Source of the DNA: Pirellulales bacterium
GTDB taxonomy: Bacteria > Planctomycetota > Planctomycetia > Pirellulales > JADZDJ01
NCBI GenBank assembly: GCA_963719205.1
Contig: CAVRAW010000004.1
Coordinates: 17,765 to 81,764 of the forward strand
Direction: 5' to 3'
Length of the DNA stretch: 64,000 bases
The notes beneath the pieces are model-generated. The model was given only the letters and a program-made list of their open reading frames with translations, searched no databases and had not been told where the DNA came from. Positions 22,110 through 34,595 of this stretch are shown one piece after another; within the stretch, counting starts at the first letter, position 1, and every line of letters begins with the position of its first letter. The position numbers were made by a program, and so were the translations under genes.

Positions 22110-23852
22110 ATGGAACCTCCTCCGTCCCTAGAAGTCCCAGTCGATAAGCACGACATCCCGAAGGTCACCAAGCACGTCAAGCCGATGCCTTTTGCCTGCG
22201 CCTCGGCATCCTGGTGGTGATTTTCGCCGTGGGCATCGCGGCTTACGTCTTTAAGGATCCTATCGGCCTGCGGGGGCAATCGGTGGCGGGCATCATCTTC
22301 TTCATTGGGATCGTGGGGGCGTTTTCCTCGAACCTGCGCGGTGAACTGGAACACTATTCTCTGGGGCATGGTCTTGCAGGCGGTGTTTGCCGTGTTAGTG
22401 CTGAAGGTCGATGCCGTCAGAAACGGCTTTGAGCAAATGGGCAAAGCAGTCAGCACCTTCATGGATTTCTCGGACAAGGGCGCTAAATTCGTGTTCGGCG
22501 TATTGGCCGATGCCCCAGCGATGGAAAAAACTTTCGGCCCTGGCAACGCAATTGTCTTTGCGTTCAAGGTGCTGCCGCCGATTCTGTTCATCTCGGCATT
22601 CTTCACCGTGTTGTACCACTTTGGCGTCTTGCAGTTGATCGTGCGCGGCATGGCGCTGGTCATGACATATTTGATGCGCACCAGCGGCGCCGAAACGCTC
22701 TCCGTGGCCGCCAATGTGTTCATGGGACAAACAGAGGCGCCCCTGATCATCAAGCCATACGTACCTAGCATGACAAATTCGGAATTGTTCGTGCTGATGG
22801 TAAGCGGCATGGCTCACATCTCCGGCAGTTTGATGGTCGTCTACATTGTCTTGGGCGCTAGCCCTGTGGCAGTGCTGACCGCCGTTGTGATGGCCTGTCC
22901 GGCAAGTATGTACCTGGCCAAGTTGTACTTGCCGGAAGTCAGCACCCCCATCACCGGCGGCGGCGTGCCTTACAAGAAAGAGCCTTCCCCCTACGTGAAC
23001 GCGATCGACGCTGCCGCCAGCGGGACTACAGTCGGTTTGCAATTGGCGCTGAACGTTGGCGCCATGCTGATCGTGTTCCTTGCTTTCGTGGCGATGTTCG
23101 ATGCGGCCCTGGGCGGCTTGCACCATCCGCTGCGATGGGTGGGCATCGTCGGCGACGGCAAAGAGCAAACTTTGATCATCTCCGGAACTCCAACGACTGG
23201 CAGCTACGTCGTCTCATATACCGATTCAGCAAACAAAGTCTCTCAAACGGCTCCTATTCCATTCAATGCATCCGCCGATGCTGTTCAAACCGCGCTCCGA
23301 GCATTGCCCGGCTTAAATAGCGTTAACGTCACAACCTCCGGAAAAAGTCCCGACGTTACGCAGACTATTGCGTTTACTGGTGTCGAAGGAGACCGCGTCG
23401 CACCCTTGGCCGTGACCAACACATTTGACCATGGCTCAATCAGCGAACGAATGAATCCGCCCGAGTGGCTAGAAGATATGTCGTTGGGAAAACTATTCGG
23501 CTGGATTTTTTCCCCCTTGGCATTTTTGATGGGCGTGGCCGTCGACGATGCTGGCAAAGTTGGCAAATTGCTCGGTTTCAAGCTTTCGCTCAACGAGTTC
23601 GTCGCCTTCATGAATATGACGGAATGGAAACGCACGGCCAACTTCATGTCGGAGCGTTCCTATGTGCTAGCCGCCTTCGCCCTGACCGGTTTTGCGAATT
23701 TCTCGTCGGTCGGCATTCAATTGGGCGGCATCGGATCCCTGGCCCCCAATCGCCGCGCCGATCTGGCTCGACTCGGCCTGCGAGCCTTATTCGTAGGCTT
23801 CACCACCTCGCTGTTGAACGCCGCCATCGCCGGCGTGTTTTTGCCGGCATAA
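22110..23852 (+). CDS. nupC: concentrative nucleoside transporter (NupC/CNT) with an inserted ~95-aa domain; N-terminal indels
   Basis: SGAETLSVAANVFMGQTEAPL.IKPY, NAIDAAASG...GL.LALNVGAMLI.F, K..LNEFVAF, FALTGFANFSSVGIQLGG. Confidence 0.92.
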
Positions 23853-23879
23853 GCAAGGCGGTCAGAATTCGTCGCACCC

Positions 23880-23905
23880 TTTAGCCCCGGGCTCTGCCCG
23901 GGGGT
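23880..23905 (+). repeat. TTTAGCCCCGGGC REP-like element, copy 2 (between convergent genes)
   Basis: tttagccccgggc-tct-gcccgggggt. Confidence 0.85.
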
Positions 23906-23921
23906 GGCGCAACGCGTCGCA

Positions 23922-25516
23922 TTACCTGTCGAAAACGTCGGCCCACCACGGATCGAGCTGAAACACCGGCTTGCGTGGAGTTTCCGACTGGGTGCGCGGT
24001 ATCTCCAGCGACGTAAGCTGCCGCGCCGGCTGCGCCTCGCGCTCATCCGCCAAGCGCTTCATGAAATCGGGCGAAACCCGATCCAGCACGATAATCTCGC
24101 TTTTGGCCTGGGGATCGGCCAGCGGCCGCACGATGCAAATCATCTCGGCCCCTTCCGCTTTGTCGCGCAGCGCCTCCAGAGAGGCCTGTTCACTGGCCGT
24201 CAACCGCTGGCCGCCGCCGTCCACCGCCGCTGGTTCCCGCACCGCCACCGGCTGAAGCTGCCGCACGCCATTCTCCCTCTCCCCTTCGGAGAGGGCCGGG
24301 TCGACGACTCGCCGTGGCGAGGTAAGGGTGCCCGGCTCCGCCTTCCGCCTTCTGCCTTCTGCATTTGAGTGTCCGCCTCCTGCCGCCACCTGCGCCCTGC
24401 GCCCTGCATCCTGGCCCTGCCCTGGTCCTGAAAAGCAAATGCCAACCCGTTTCGATCCAGCATCTCCTCCACCACCGACAAGTGGGAAAACTCTCCTTCG
24501 TTATCCTGCGGGTCTCCCGCGTTGCACACGCCAATCACCAATCCCTCGGGCGTGAACAGTCCGCCGCCGCTGCGCCCCTGCACCGGCTGGAAACCGATTT
24601 GCAGATTCGCCGGGCCGCCATAGCGATTGATCGACTTGATCACGGTTTCTTTGGCCGTCGCATCCTCGCCGCCGTCGCAGCCCACGCTAATGACATGGTC
24701 CCCTTTGCGAATGGCATAGCCCGCGGGCGCCAAATGGGCCACCGTCACCGGAAAATCGACCTCAATGCTCAACAAGCCCACCTCGGATTTCAAATCGTAA
24801 TCGATCAGCCGCCCCGGAACTGCCTGCGGTGCGCCGGGCCCAAACATATCGACCATGATCTGGCTATCTTTGTCGGCCTCGCGGAACATGTGGCCGCAGG
24901 TAAGGATCAGCGCTTCCCCCTGCCGCGAGTCGATGATCGTGCCGGAGCCGCAGGAAACGCCGCTATGGTCTTCGATGCGCAGTCGCACGCTGGCGCGGAT
25001 GAGCTGATCAAAAGGCGAATCATTCGCGCTGGCCGCCGCATCGAGCTCATTCTTTCCGCCGCCGATCGACCGAGACAATTTCCGTCTCAGGCCGCCCGTC
25101 GCGATCGGGCCCCGCTGGATCGGTGGCCGGAAACGGAATTGCCGCCACTTCATCCGTGGGCAATCGCGGCGCCTTGCCGGCGCCACGCCCGTCGTCCCCG
25201 GCTCGACGCCGTTGCGATGAAACATCGCCTCCAGCCGCCCGCGATCGGTGGCCCCCACCACCCGATCCACTTCCTTGCCGCCCACCAACATCACAAAACA
25301 GGGCAACCCCTGCACGCCGTACTTCTCCGCCAGCGCGTGCTCTTTGTCGACATTCACTTTTCGCACGGGAAAGCCCTGCGCGGCAAGCTGGCCGACCACC
25401 GGCTCCATCTGGCGGCAGTATCCGCACCAATCGGCGCCGAAATCCAGCAGCACCGTGTCGTTGTTAGCAGGCGTGCCCAGCGCACAGATCGCCGCCGCAA
25501 GATGCAAAAGATTCAT
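23922..25516 (-). CDS. secreted thioredoxin + trypsin-like peptidase domain protein; indels
   Basis: Signal peptide, WCGYC, GSGTII, LTCGH, QGRSGGGLF, and a C-terminal AEMICIVRP..SEIIVLD domain in another frame. Confidence 0.82.
24275..24430. repeat. CCCTCTCC/GGAGAGGG palindrome plus 7-bp arrays inside the gene linker
   Basis: ccctctcc-ccttc-ggagaggg at 24275-24295, then ccttccg ccttctg ccttctg and cctgcgc cctgcgc cctgcat. Confidence 0.65.
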
Positions 25517-25852
25517 CGCTCCCTCCGAACGTCACGCGGTAGTATGGGAGCGCAGTAGGCGCGGTCGTCGAATCCGCCGCAAACGGGCGGCCGAATTCCA
25601 TTTCGGCGGCCGATCAATTCAAACGGGGCGCAAATCCGGCGGGCAGGGTCGATCGGCGAGCATTGAACGGCGGGACCGCGAACCAGACGCCACTCCCTGG
25701 AGTCTGGGACGTCGGATGATCCTCTAGCACCTCGAATCCAACAAGGTCAATCCAGGCGGCTCGCACGTTCCCCATTCCGCTTTCGACCGCCGCTGCGCTA
25801 CAATAGCCGCACCGCGCGCCGTGCCTGTGCCAGCACCGCCCCCCAAATTCAC

Positions 25853-27940
25853 ATGACCGCCCGACAAATTCTCGTCACCGCCGCCCTGCCCTACGCCAAC
25901 GGGCCGATTCATTTGGGCTATCTGCTGGAGGCGATTCAGACTGACATTTGGGTGCGCTTCCAAAAGCTGCGCGGCCACCAGTGCATCTATCTCTGCGCGG
26001 ACGACACGCACGGCACGGCTATCATGATCCGCGCCCGCCAGGAAGGCCGCACCGAAGAAGACCTGATCGCGCAGATGCAAGCCGAACACGAGCGCGATCT
26101 GGCCGGCTTTCAAATCCAGTACGAAAACTACGGCAGCACGCACAGCCCCGAAAGTCGATCGCTGTGCGCGGATATTTGGAAATCGATCCGCCAGGCAGGG
26201 TTGGTCAAGGAAGAAAATGTGCAGCAGCTTTACGATCCCCAGTCCAAGACGTTCCTGGCCGATCGTTTCGTGCGCGGCACCTGTCCCCGCTGCAAATCGC
26301 CAAATCAGCCGGGCGACAATTGCAGCGTGTGCGGGCATCACTACAGCCCAGCCGATCTGATCGATCCGGTCAGCACGCTATCGGGCACAAAGCCCGAAAT
26401 GCGCAGCGCCCCGCACCTGTTTATCCAACTGGAACCGCTGCACAAGTTCCTCGAAACCTGGACGCAAACCGGCGGCCACCTGCAGCAAGAAGTGGCCAAT
26501 TATCTGAAAGGGCACTTTCTCGGCGAACCGCTGCGCGATTGGGATGTTTCCCGCCCCGCCCCTTACTTCGGCTTCGAAATTCCCGACAGCCCCGGCAACT
26601 ATTGGTACGTGTGGTTCGATGCTCCCATCGGCTACATGGCGTCGCTGCAACAATGGTGCGACAAATCCGGAAAGAAGTTTGAAAAGTGGTGGCCGCGCGG
26701 AAAGGATGCGGAAAAATCCCCCGCCGAAATCCACCACTTCATTGGCAAAGACATCACCTATTTCCACACGCTCTTCTGGCCGGGCATGCTGAAGACGGCC
26801 GAGTTCAAGCTGCCCACCAAGGTTCGCATTCACGGCTTCCTGACCGTCAGCGGCGAAAAAATGTCGAAGAGCAAAGGCACGTTCATCCTCGCCGCCACGT
26901 ATTTAAAGCATCTCAACCCGGCGTATTTGCGCTACTACTACGCAACGAAGCTGGGAACGCGGGTCGACGATTTCGACTTCAACCCCGACGAGTTTGTGAC
27001 CAAGGTGAATTCCGACCTGGTCGGCAAGGTCGTGAACCTCGCCAGCCGCACCGCGCGCTTCATTGAAGAAACCGGCCTGTCGCCAAAATATCCCGACGAC
27101 GACGGCTTGTTCGCCTCAGTGGCCGCGGAAGGCAATTCCATCGCCGAAGCCTACGAAGCCTGCGACTACAACCGTGCCATGCGCCAAATCATGCTGCTGG
27201 CCGATAAAGCCAACCAATACGTCGACGCCAAAGCTCCTTGGACGCTGCGTAAAGACCCTGCGCAGGCAAAACAGCTCCAAGACATCTGCAGCGTCTCGCT
27301 GAATCTTTTCCGCCAATTGGCGATTTACCTCGCTCCAGTATTGCCTCAATTAGCAAAACAAGCCGGCGAGCTCTTGAACGATTCCATTACGCATTGGGAT
27401 CAATCCAAAACGCCGCTCGCCGGCACAAAAGTGAACAAATTCCAATCGCTGCTAACCCGGGTCGAACCCGCACAGGTCCAAGCCATGATCGACGACAGCA
27501 AAGATTCTTCGGCCGCTCCAAGCGCCCCAGCCCCATCTGCCACCGCAGCCCCCGGTTCCACCGGGGGATCGGACAATGGCGACGCGCTGGCCGCCGAACC
27601 TCTTGCCCCGGAATGCACGATCGACGATTTCACCAAAGTCGATCTCCGCGTGGCTCGCATCGTCACCGCCGAAGAAGTACCCGACGCACGCAAACTTCTA
27701 AAGCTCACCCTCAGTCTCGGCGGCGATACGCGCAAAACCGTCTTCGCCGGCATCAAAAAAGCCTGCCCGCAGCCCGACAAGCTCGTCGGTCGCCTGGTGA
27801 TCTGCGTGGCCAATCTCGCCCCGCGGCAAATGAAATTCGGCTTGAGCGAAGGCATGGTGTGCGCCGCCGGCACTGGCGGCGACGAAGTGTTCCTCCTCTC
27901 GCCCGACAGCGGCGCCAAACCCGGCATGCGCGTCCACTAG
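25853..27940 (+). CDS. metG: methionine--tRNA ligase with C-terminal tRNA-binding domain
   Basis: [19 protein letters not shown], zinc knuckles, [42 protein letters not shown]. Confidence 0.98.
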   Translation: MTARQILVTAALPYANGPIHLGYLLEAIQTDIWVRFQKLRGHQCIYLCADDTHGTAIMIRARQEGRTEEDLIAQMQAEHERDLAGFQIQYENYGSTHSPESRSLCADIWKSIRQAGLVKEENVQQLYDPQSKTFLADRFVRGTCPRCKSPNQPGDNCSVCGHHYSPADLIDPVSTLSGTKPEMRSAPHLFIQLEPLHKFLETWTQTGGHLQQEVANYLKGHFLGEPLRDWDVSRPAPYFGFEIPDSPGNYWYVWFDAPIGYMASLQQWCDKSGKKFEKWWPRGKDAEKSPAEIHHFIGKDITYFHTLFWPGMLKTAEFKLPTKVRIHGFLTVSGEKMSKSKGTFILAATYLKHLNPAYLRYYYATKLGTRVDDFDFNPDEFVTKVNSDLVGKVVNLASRTARFIEETGLSPKYPDDDGLFASVAAEGNSIAEAYEACDYNRAMRQIMLLADKANQYVDAKAPWTLRKDPAQAKQLQDICSVSLNLFRQLAIYLAPVLPQLAKQAGELLNDSITHWDQSKTPLAGTKVNKFQSLLTRVEPAQVQAMIDDSKDSSAAPSAPAPSATAAPGSTGGSDNGDALAAEPLAPECTIDDFTKVDLRVARIVTAEEVPDARKLLKLTLSLGGDTRKTVFAGIKKACPQPDKLVGRLVICVANLAPRQMKFGLSEGMVCAAGTGGDEVFLLSPDSGAKPGMRVH

Positions 27941-27979
27941 CCCCGCGCATAAAATACGGGAATCCATTGCCGGAACGAG

Positions 27980-28005
27980 TTTAGCCCCGGGCTCGGCCCG
28001 GGGGT
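27980..28005 (+). repeat. TTTAGCCCCGGGC REP-like element, copy 3
   Basis: tttagccccgggc-tcg-gcccgggggt, 7 nt before the polX ATG. Confidence 0.85.
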
Positions 28006-28012
28006 TGGCTAC

Positions 28013-29760
28013 ATGAACAACGCCGAAATCTCCGCCGCTTTCCAGCTTATCGCCGACATCCTGGAATTTCAGGCGGCCAATCCCTTCCGCGTGCGCGCCT
28101 ATCAGAACGCCGCCCGCACAATCCAAGATCTGCACGAGCCGCTGGAAAAAATCGCCGCCGATCCCCAGCGCGAACTCACGGACCTGCCGGGCATCGGCAA
28201 AGATCTGGCCGAAAAAATCCACACGCTAGTCGAATCCGGCTCGCTGCCGATGCTCGAGGAACTCAAAGAGCAGGTTCCGCAAAGTGTGCTGGCCATGCTT
28301 CGCATTCCAGGCCTAGGGCCCAAAAAAGCCGCCGTGCTGCACAAAGAACTCGGCATCCACACGCTGGAGCAGTTAAAAGTCGCATGCCAGGAATGCCGCG
28401 TGCGCGAACTCAAAGGCTTCGGCGAGAAAACCGAAGCTGCCATCCTCGCCGGCCTCGACTTCGCCGCCTCGCCCGAAGTGCTGCGCATGTACTGGGCCGA
28501 GGCCGACGTCTACGCTCAGCTGCTCTTGGCGCATTTGAAAGCCTGCCGCAGCGTGAAACAGATCGACATGGCCGGCAGCTACCGCCGCGGCCGCGAAACC
28601 ATCGGCGATCTCGACGCCGTCGTCGAAAGCAAAAACGCCGAGGAAGTGATGGATCGCTTTGCCCAATTCGATGGACTGGCCGCTGTGCTCGGCGCGGCCC
28701 CACCAAGATGTCGATCCGCCTGGGCATCGGCCTGCAAATCGATCTGCGCATCGTCGAAAAAAATGCCTACGGCGCGGCGCTGGTCTATTTCACCGGCTCC
28801 AAGGCACACAACGTGGTGCTGCGCGGAATGGCCAAAGATCGCGGCCTGAAAATCAACGAATACGGCGTATTCCAAGTCGCCGGCAAAGGCATCAAAAAAG
28901 GCGAAGAAAAGTACGTCGCCGGCCGCACGGAAAAAGAGGTGTACGGCACGCTCGACTTGCCCTGGATTCCCCCCGAGCTGCGCGAAGACCGCTGGGAATT
29001 CCGCTGGGCCGCCGAAGGCAAGCTTCCCAAGCTCGTCGAACTATCGGACATGCAGGGCGATCTGCACATGCACACCACCGAAAGCGACGGCAAGGCGACG
29101 CTGGAGGAAATGGTCGCCGCGGCCAAAGCGGAAGGCTTGAAATACATCGCCATCACCGACCATTCCCCGCGCGTCTCGGTGGCCAACGGCCTGACCCCCG
29201 ATCGCCTGCGCCGCCAGTGGGAACAAATCGACAAGCAGAACGCCAAGCTCCGGGGCTTCAAGGTGCTCAAAGGCGTCGAGGTCGATATTCTCGAAAAGGG
29301 CCCGCTCGACATCGATGACGATTGCCTGAGCGAAGCCGATTGGGTGGTGGCCAGCGTCCACTTCGGCCAAAAGCAACCGCGCCAGCAAATCACCAAGCGT
29401 ATCGTCGACGCCCTGGCCAATCCGAACGTCTGCGCCATCGCCCATCCAACCGGCCGCCTGATCAACCGCCGCAAAGCCTACGACGTCGATCTTGAAGCGG
29501 TGTACGACGCCGCCAAAAAGCACCACAAAATGCTGGAGCTCAACAGCAATCCCGCGCGGCTGGATCTCGACGACATCGCTTGCGCCGCCTGCCGCCAGCG
29601 CGGCATTCCCGTCGTCATCTCGACCGACGCCCACAGCGTCACCGGCCTGGCCGCCATGCGCTACGGCATCCTGCAAGCTCGCCGCGGCGGCCTCTCCAAA
29701 GCCAACGTCGCCAACACCCGCTCCTGGCCCGACGTAAAAAAGCTGCTCGGGCGAAAATAA
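28013..29760 (+). CDS. polX: DNA polymerase X / PHP 3'-5' exonuclease; indel near 28695
   Basis: NPFRVRAY, GSYRRGRETIGDLD, QIDLR, YFTGSKAHN, DLHMHT, TDHS, AHPTGR, STDAH. Confidence 0.95.
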
Positions 29761-29817
29761 TCTCGGGACGGCGAGGCTCCCGCCGAGCCGCAGCAGCGCG
29801 AACCTGAAGCGCACTGC

Positions 29818-30276
29818 TTAAACCATCGCCCGCTTTTCGCGCAAAAACTTCATGTGATGCTGAAAGTGCCACGAGGCGAACGGCACTATCTCCCCCAGCG
29901 TCATCCGCCCGCGCTGGCTGTGTGTTCCGGCACGTTCAAAAACCTCATCCTTCAATAGCCGCAACAGCGCCGCCATCGCCTGCCGATTCTTCGCAAACAG
30001 TTCGCACACCAGCGCCGCATCCTGCTCTTCATAATGCAGCCTCGCGGTGAATTTCGTCTGATCGAAGCCCAACAGCGTGGGATTATCTTCCGCGATCACC
30101 CGCTTCATCCGATCGGCGATCACCAAATCGGTATCCACGATGTGCAGCACAATCTGCTGAATGCTCCAAGTCCCCGGCACCGGAAAAGCCAACATCTGTT
30201 GGCACGACAACCCGGCAATCGACTTGGCCAATTCCGGCGCCTCGGCGGCGTAAGCTTCAATGACTTTGCGGTCCAT
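29818..30276 (-). CDS. DinB family protein
   Basis: GTWSIQQIVLHIVD, GTHSQRG.MTL, WHFQHH. Confidence 0.88.
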   Translation of the reverse strand: MDRKVIEAYAAEAPELAKSIAGLSCQQMLAFPVPGTWSIQQIVLHIVDTDLVIADRMKRVIAEDNPTLLGFDQTKFTARLHYEEQDAALVCELFAKNRQAMAALLRLLKDEVFERAGTHSQRGRMTLGEIVPFASWHFQHHMKFLREKRAMV

Positions 30277-30386
30277 ACGGCGAGCATTATAGGCCGAACC
30301 GATACGCCCGGGGAGGTGTCGAGGGTTGCGACTCATCCCCGTTGGGGCTATGATTTTAGATCACCTTTTACGCCGTATTTCCTCGC

Positions 30387-30946
30387 ATGCGACACGTCAT
30401 CTCCGCCGTCGTGCAAAACGTTCCCGGGGTGCTGGCGCACATCTCCGGCATGCTCGCCTCGCGCGGCTACAACATCGACAGCCTGGCGGTCGGCGAGACC
30501 GAAGATCCCCATCTTTCGCGGATGACGTTCGTCGTGGTGGGCGACGACCGCGTGCTCGAGCAGGTCCGCAAGCAACTGGAAAAGATCGTCACCGTGGTGC
30601 AGGTCGACGACATCAGCTCGCAGGATTACGTCGAGCGCGACCTGATGCTGATCAAGGTGCGCGCCTCCGGCGGCAAGCCGCAGCGAAATCCGCGAGCTGG
30701 CCGAGATTTTCCGCGGCCGGATCGTCGACGTGCTGCGAAAGACGAGGTGATCATCGAAATCTCCGGCCAGGAGCAAAAAATCGAGGCCTTCATCGACATG
30801 ATGCGCCCCTTCGGCATCGTCGAGCTGGTCCGCACCGGCCGGATCGCCATGGTCCGCGGCGCATGCCGCCCCGATCCGGCGCGCCCGCGGTGCCCGCCGA
30901 GGCCGCCAACCTCGACGACGAAACAGTGCGCGGCTCGTTGGCCTGA
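30387..30946 (+). CDS. ilvN: acetolactate synthase small subunit; indels
   Basis: VQNVPGVLAHISGMLASRGYNIDSLAVG, QVRKQLEK, ELVRTGRIAM. Confidence 0.93.
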
Positions 30947-30995
30947 CGTTTTGCGAGACAAAATTTCCCTCATCTCCACTTTCTCCACCTAACCG

Positions 30996-32003
<1,008 letters not shown>

Positions 32004-32010
32004 GCTTGCC

Positions 32011-32307
32011 ATGGAAACGGTTCCCGCCTATCCCAAAACCGAGGCCGAAGCGCAGTCGCGCCATTTGTTCACCGAGCTAAAGCCCGGCGACCGCATCGAG
32101 GTCACCCACGAAGTCAACGTGGGCGAAAAACGCTGGCGCACCAAAACCGTCGGCACGGTCGTGCGCTGCGAACGCCGCCGCCACGGCCTGCACTTCCGCC
32201 GCCAGCTCGACGACAAGGTGTTCAGCGACGTGATCATCCTCAAGCGCGACAACGGCGAGCTGACCACCGTCACCATGGACGAATTCACGGTCCTGCGCCG
32301 GCTGTAA
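32011..32307 (+). CDS. hypothetical protein, SH3/KOW-like beta barrel
   Basis: 98-aa ORF with host-like codon usage, LKPGDRIEV, starting 7 nt after ilvC. Confidence 0.75.
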   Translation: METVPAYPKTEAEAQSRHLFTELKPGDRIEVTHEVNVGEKRWRTKTVGTVVRCERRRHGLHFRRQLDDKVFSDVIILKRDNGELTTVTMDEFTVLRRL

Positions 32308-32388
32308 TCACTCCTCTGTGATTGTCCTGTCGCCACGCGTAGAATTCCGCTGGCGGTTTAGCACGCCCCGCCGCAGGACGCTCCTCTC

Positions 32389-33253
32389 ATGACCTCACTT
32401 TTCACACAGCACGAGCGCACGTTCGAAAACTTCCGCTTCGTGTACCCGGTGCTCAGCCGCCGGGCGGGCGGCATCTCGCTGGGCGTGAATCTGAATCCCG
32501 ACAAAGTCTGCAACTTCGATTGCATCTACTGCCAGGTCGATCGCACCACCGCGGCCGAAACCACCTTCGTCGACACCGCCCAATTGCTGGATGAGCTGGA
32601 AATCGGTCTGCGGCTGATCCTTTCCGGCGACATCTACCAGACCGAAAAATTCCGCCACACGCCCCAGCAACTCCGCCGCTTCAACGACATCGCCTTCTCC
32701 GGCGACGGCGAGCCGACCACCTACCGCAACTTCGACGATCTGATGCACCAGTGTGCCGAGATCAAGCGCCGCCACAAACAGGACGACGTGAAAATGGTGC
32801 TGATCACCAACGCCAGCATGTTCCACCGCGACCACGTCCAGCGCGGCCTGGAAATTCTCGATGAGAACAACGGCGAAATCTGGGCCAAACTCGAAGCCGG
32901 CACCGAGGAGTATTTCAAGCTGGTCGACCGCACGACGATCCCTTTCCAGCAAATCCTCGACAACATCACCGCCGCCGCCAAGGTCCGCCCACTGGTGATC
33001 CAAGCCCTCTTCATGCGCATCGAAGGCAATCCGCCCCCGCTCGGCTGAACTCGAAGCCTTCTGCGATCGCCTGAACGAAATCACTGCCGCCGGCGGCCAA
33101 CTGAAACTCGTGCAAATCTACACCATCGCCCGCCGCCCCACCGAAAGCTACGTCACCCCACTCACCAACGCCGAAGTCGACAACCTCTGCGAACTGGTGC
33201 GCAGCCGTACCGATCTAAAAACCATTGGCTATTACGGCACCACGGATTATTGA
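32389..33253 (+). CDS. radical SAM protein (COG0731/TYW1-like Fe-S oxidoreductase); indel near 33045
   Basis: YPVLSRR.GG.SLGVNL, CNFDCIYC, FSGDGEPT. The C-terminus (VQIYTIARRP) is in a shifted frame. Confidence 0.88.
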
Positions 33254-33352
33254 GTGTCGCCTCGCCGCTTGCCGCCGCGCGAACCGTGCGTTAACTTGGC
33301 GACTCATCATTCCAACAATTGACCACGGACCACTGACAACTAATCACTCCGT

Positions 33353-34585
33353 ATGTCCGATCCGTATTTCCAATCCCGATTCGCCGAACGCATCGGCGGC
33401 GCCAATTACGGCAAAGGGACCGAAATCTATAAGTTCGAAAAGATCAAGCGCGCGAAACGCAAGGCGCTGGCCGATCATCCCGATCGCAAGCTGATCGATT
33501 TCGGCATCGGCGAAAACGACGAAATGGCCCCTGACAGCGTGCGCCAGGCCATGGCCCGCGAAATCAATCGCCCGGAAAACCGCGGCTACGCCGACAACGG
33601 TATCGCCGAGTTCAAGGAGGCCGCCGCCCGCTTCATGCAACGCAACTTCGGCGTGCAACTCGATCCGGTGACCGAAATGAACCACTGCATCGGCTCGAAA
33701 ACCGCGCTGGCGATGATTCCCGCCGCGTTCATCAACCCCGGCGACGTCACGCTGATGACCGTCCCCGGCTATCCCGTCGCCGGCACGCACACGAAATACT
33801 ACGGCGGCACGGTGCATCGCCTGCCGCTGGAGGAAAAGAACAACTTTCTGCCCGATCTGGCATCAATCCCCGCCGATGTGCTAAGTCGCACGAAATTATT
33901 GGTGCTCTGCTACCCCAACAGTCCCACGGGCAAAACCGCCCCGGTCGATTTCTACAAGCGCGTGATCGAATTCGCCCAGAAGAACAAGATCGTCGTGATC
34001 CAGGACGCCGCGCACGGCATGCTCAGCTACGATCAGCCGCCATCGAGCTTCCTGAGCGTCCCTGGCGCGAAAGAAGTCGGCGTCGAAGTGCACAGCATGT
34101 CGAAGGGCTTCCACATGATCGGCTGGCGCCTCGGCTGGGTCTGCGGACACGAGCGCATCGTCCGCGCCTTCGCCGACGTGAAAGACAACTGCGACAGCGG
34201 CCAATTCATCGCCATCCAGAAGGCCGCTGCCGCTGCGCTCGATGACGATGCGATTCCCCGCGCAGTGCGGGCCAAATATCAGCGCCGCCTGAAAAAACTC
34301 GTCGACACGCTCACCCGCTGCGGCTTCACCTGCAAAATGCCCGGCGGCACTTATTTCCTTTACACCCGATCGCCTAAAGGCCTCGCCGGCGGCCAGAAGT
34401 TTGCGAATGCTGAAGCCGCCAGCCAGTACCTGATCAACGAGCACTCCATTATCACCGTCCCCTGGGACGACGCCGGTCCGTTCCTCCGCTTCTCCGTCAC
34501 CTACGAAGCTCCCGACGAGAAATCTGAAGACGCCCTGATGGCCGCCACTGAAAAGCGCCTCAAAGAAATCAAGCCGATTTTCTGA
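33353..34585 (+). CDS. dapL: LL-diaminopimelate aminotransferase
   Basis: YKFEKIKRAK, DFGIGE.D, GSK.ALA, YPNSPTG, HSMSKGFHMIGWRLG. Confidence 0.85.
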   Translation: MSDPYFQSRFAERIGGANYGKGTEIYKFEKIKRAKRKALADHPDRKLIDFGIGENDEMAPDSVRQAMAREINRPENRGYADNGIAEFKEAAARFMQRNFGVQLDPVTEMNHCIGSKTALAMIPAAFINPGDVTLMTVPGYPVAGTHTKYYGGTVHRLPLEEKNNFLPDLASIPADVLSRTKLLVLCYPNSPTGKTAPVDFYKRVIEFAQKNKIVVIQDAAHGMLSYDQPPSSFLSVPGAKEVGVEVHSMSKGFHMIGWRLGWVCGHERIVRAFADVKDNCDSGQFIAIQKAAAAALDDDAIPRAVRAKYQRRLKKLVDTLTRCGFTCKMPGGTYFLYTRSPKGLAGGQKFANAEAASQYLINEHSIITVPWDDAGPFLRFSVTYEAPDEKSEDALMAATEKRLKEIKPIF

Positions 34586-34595
34586 GCGGAGTTTG

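Noticed and set aside
25517-25852. SAM riboswitch or T-box upstream of metG
   Set aside because: No SAM-I core or T-box motif, and no terminator visible.
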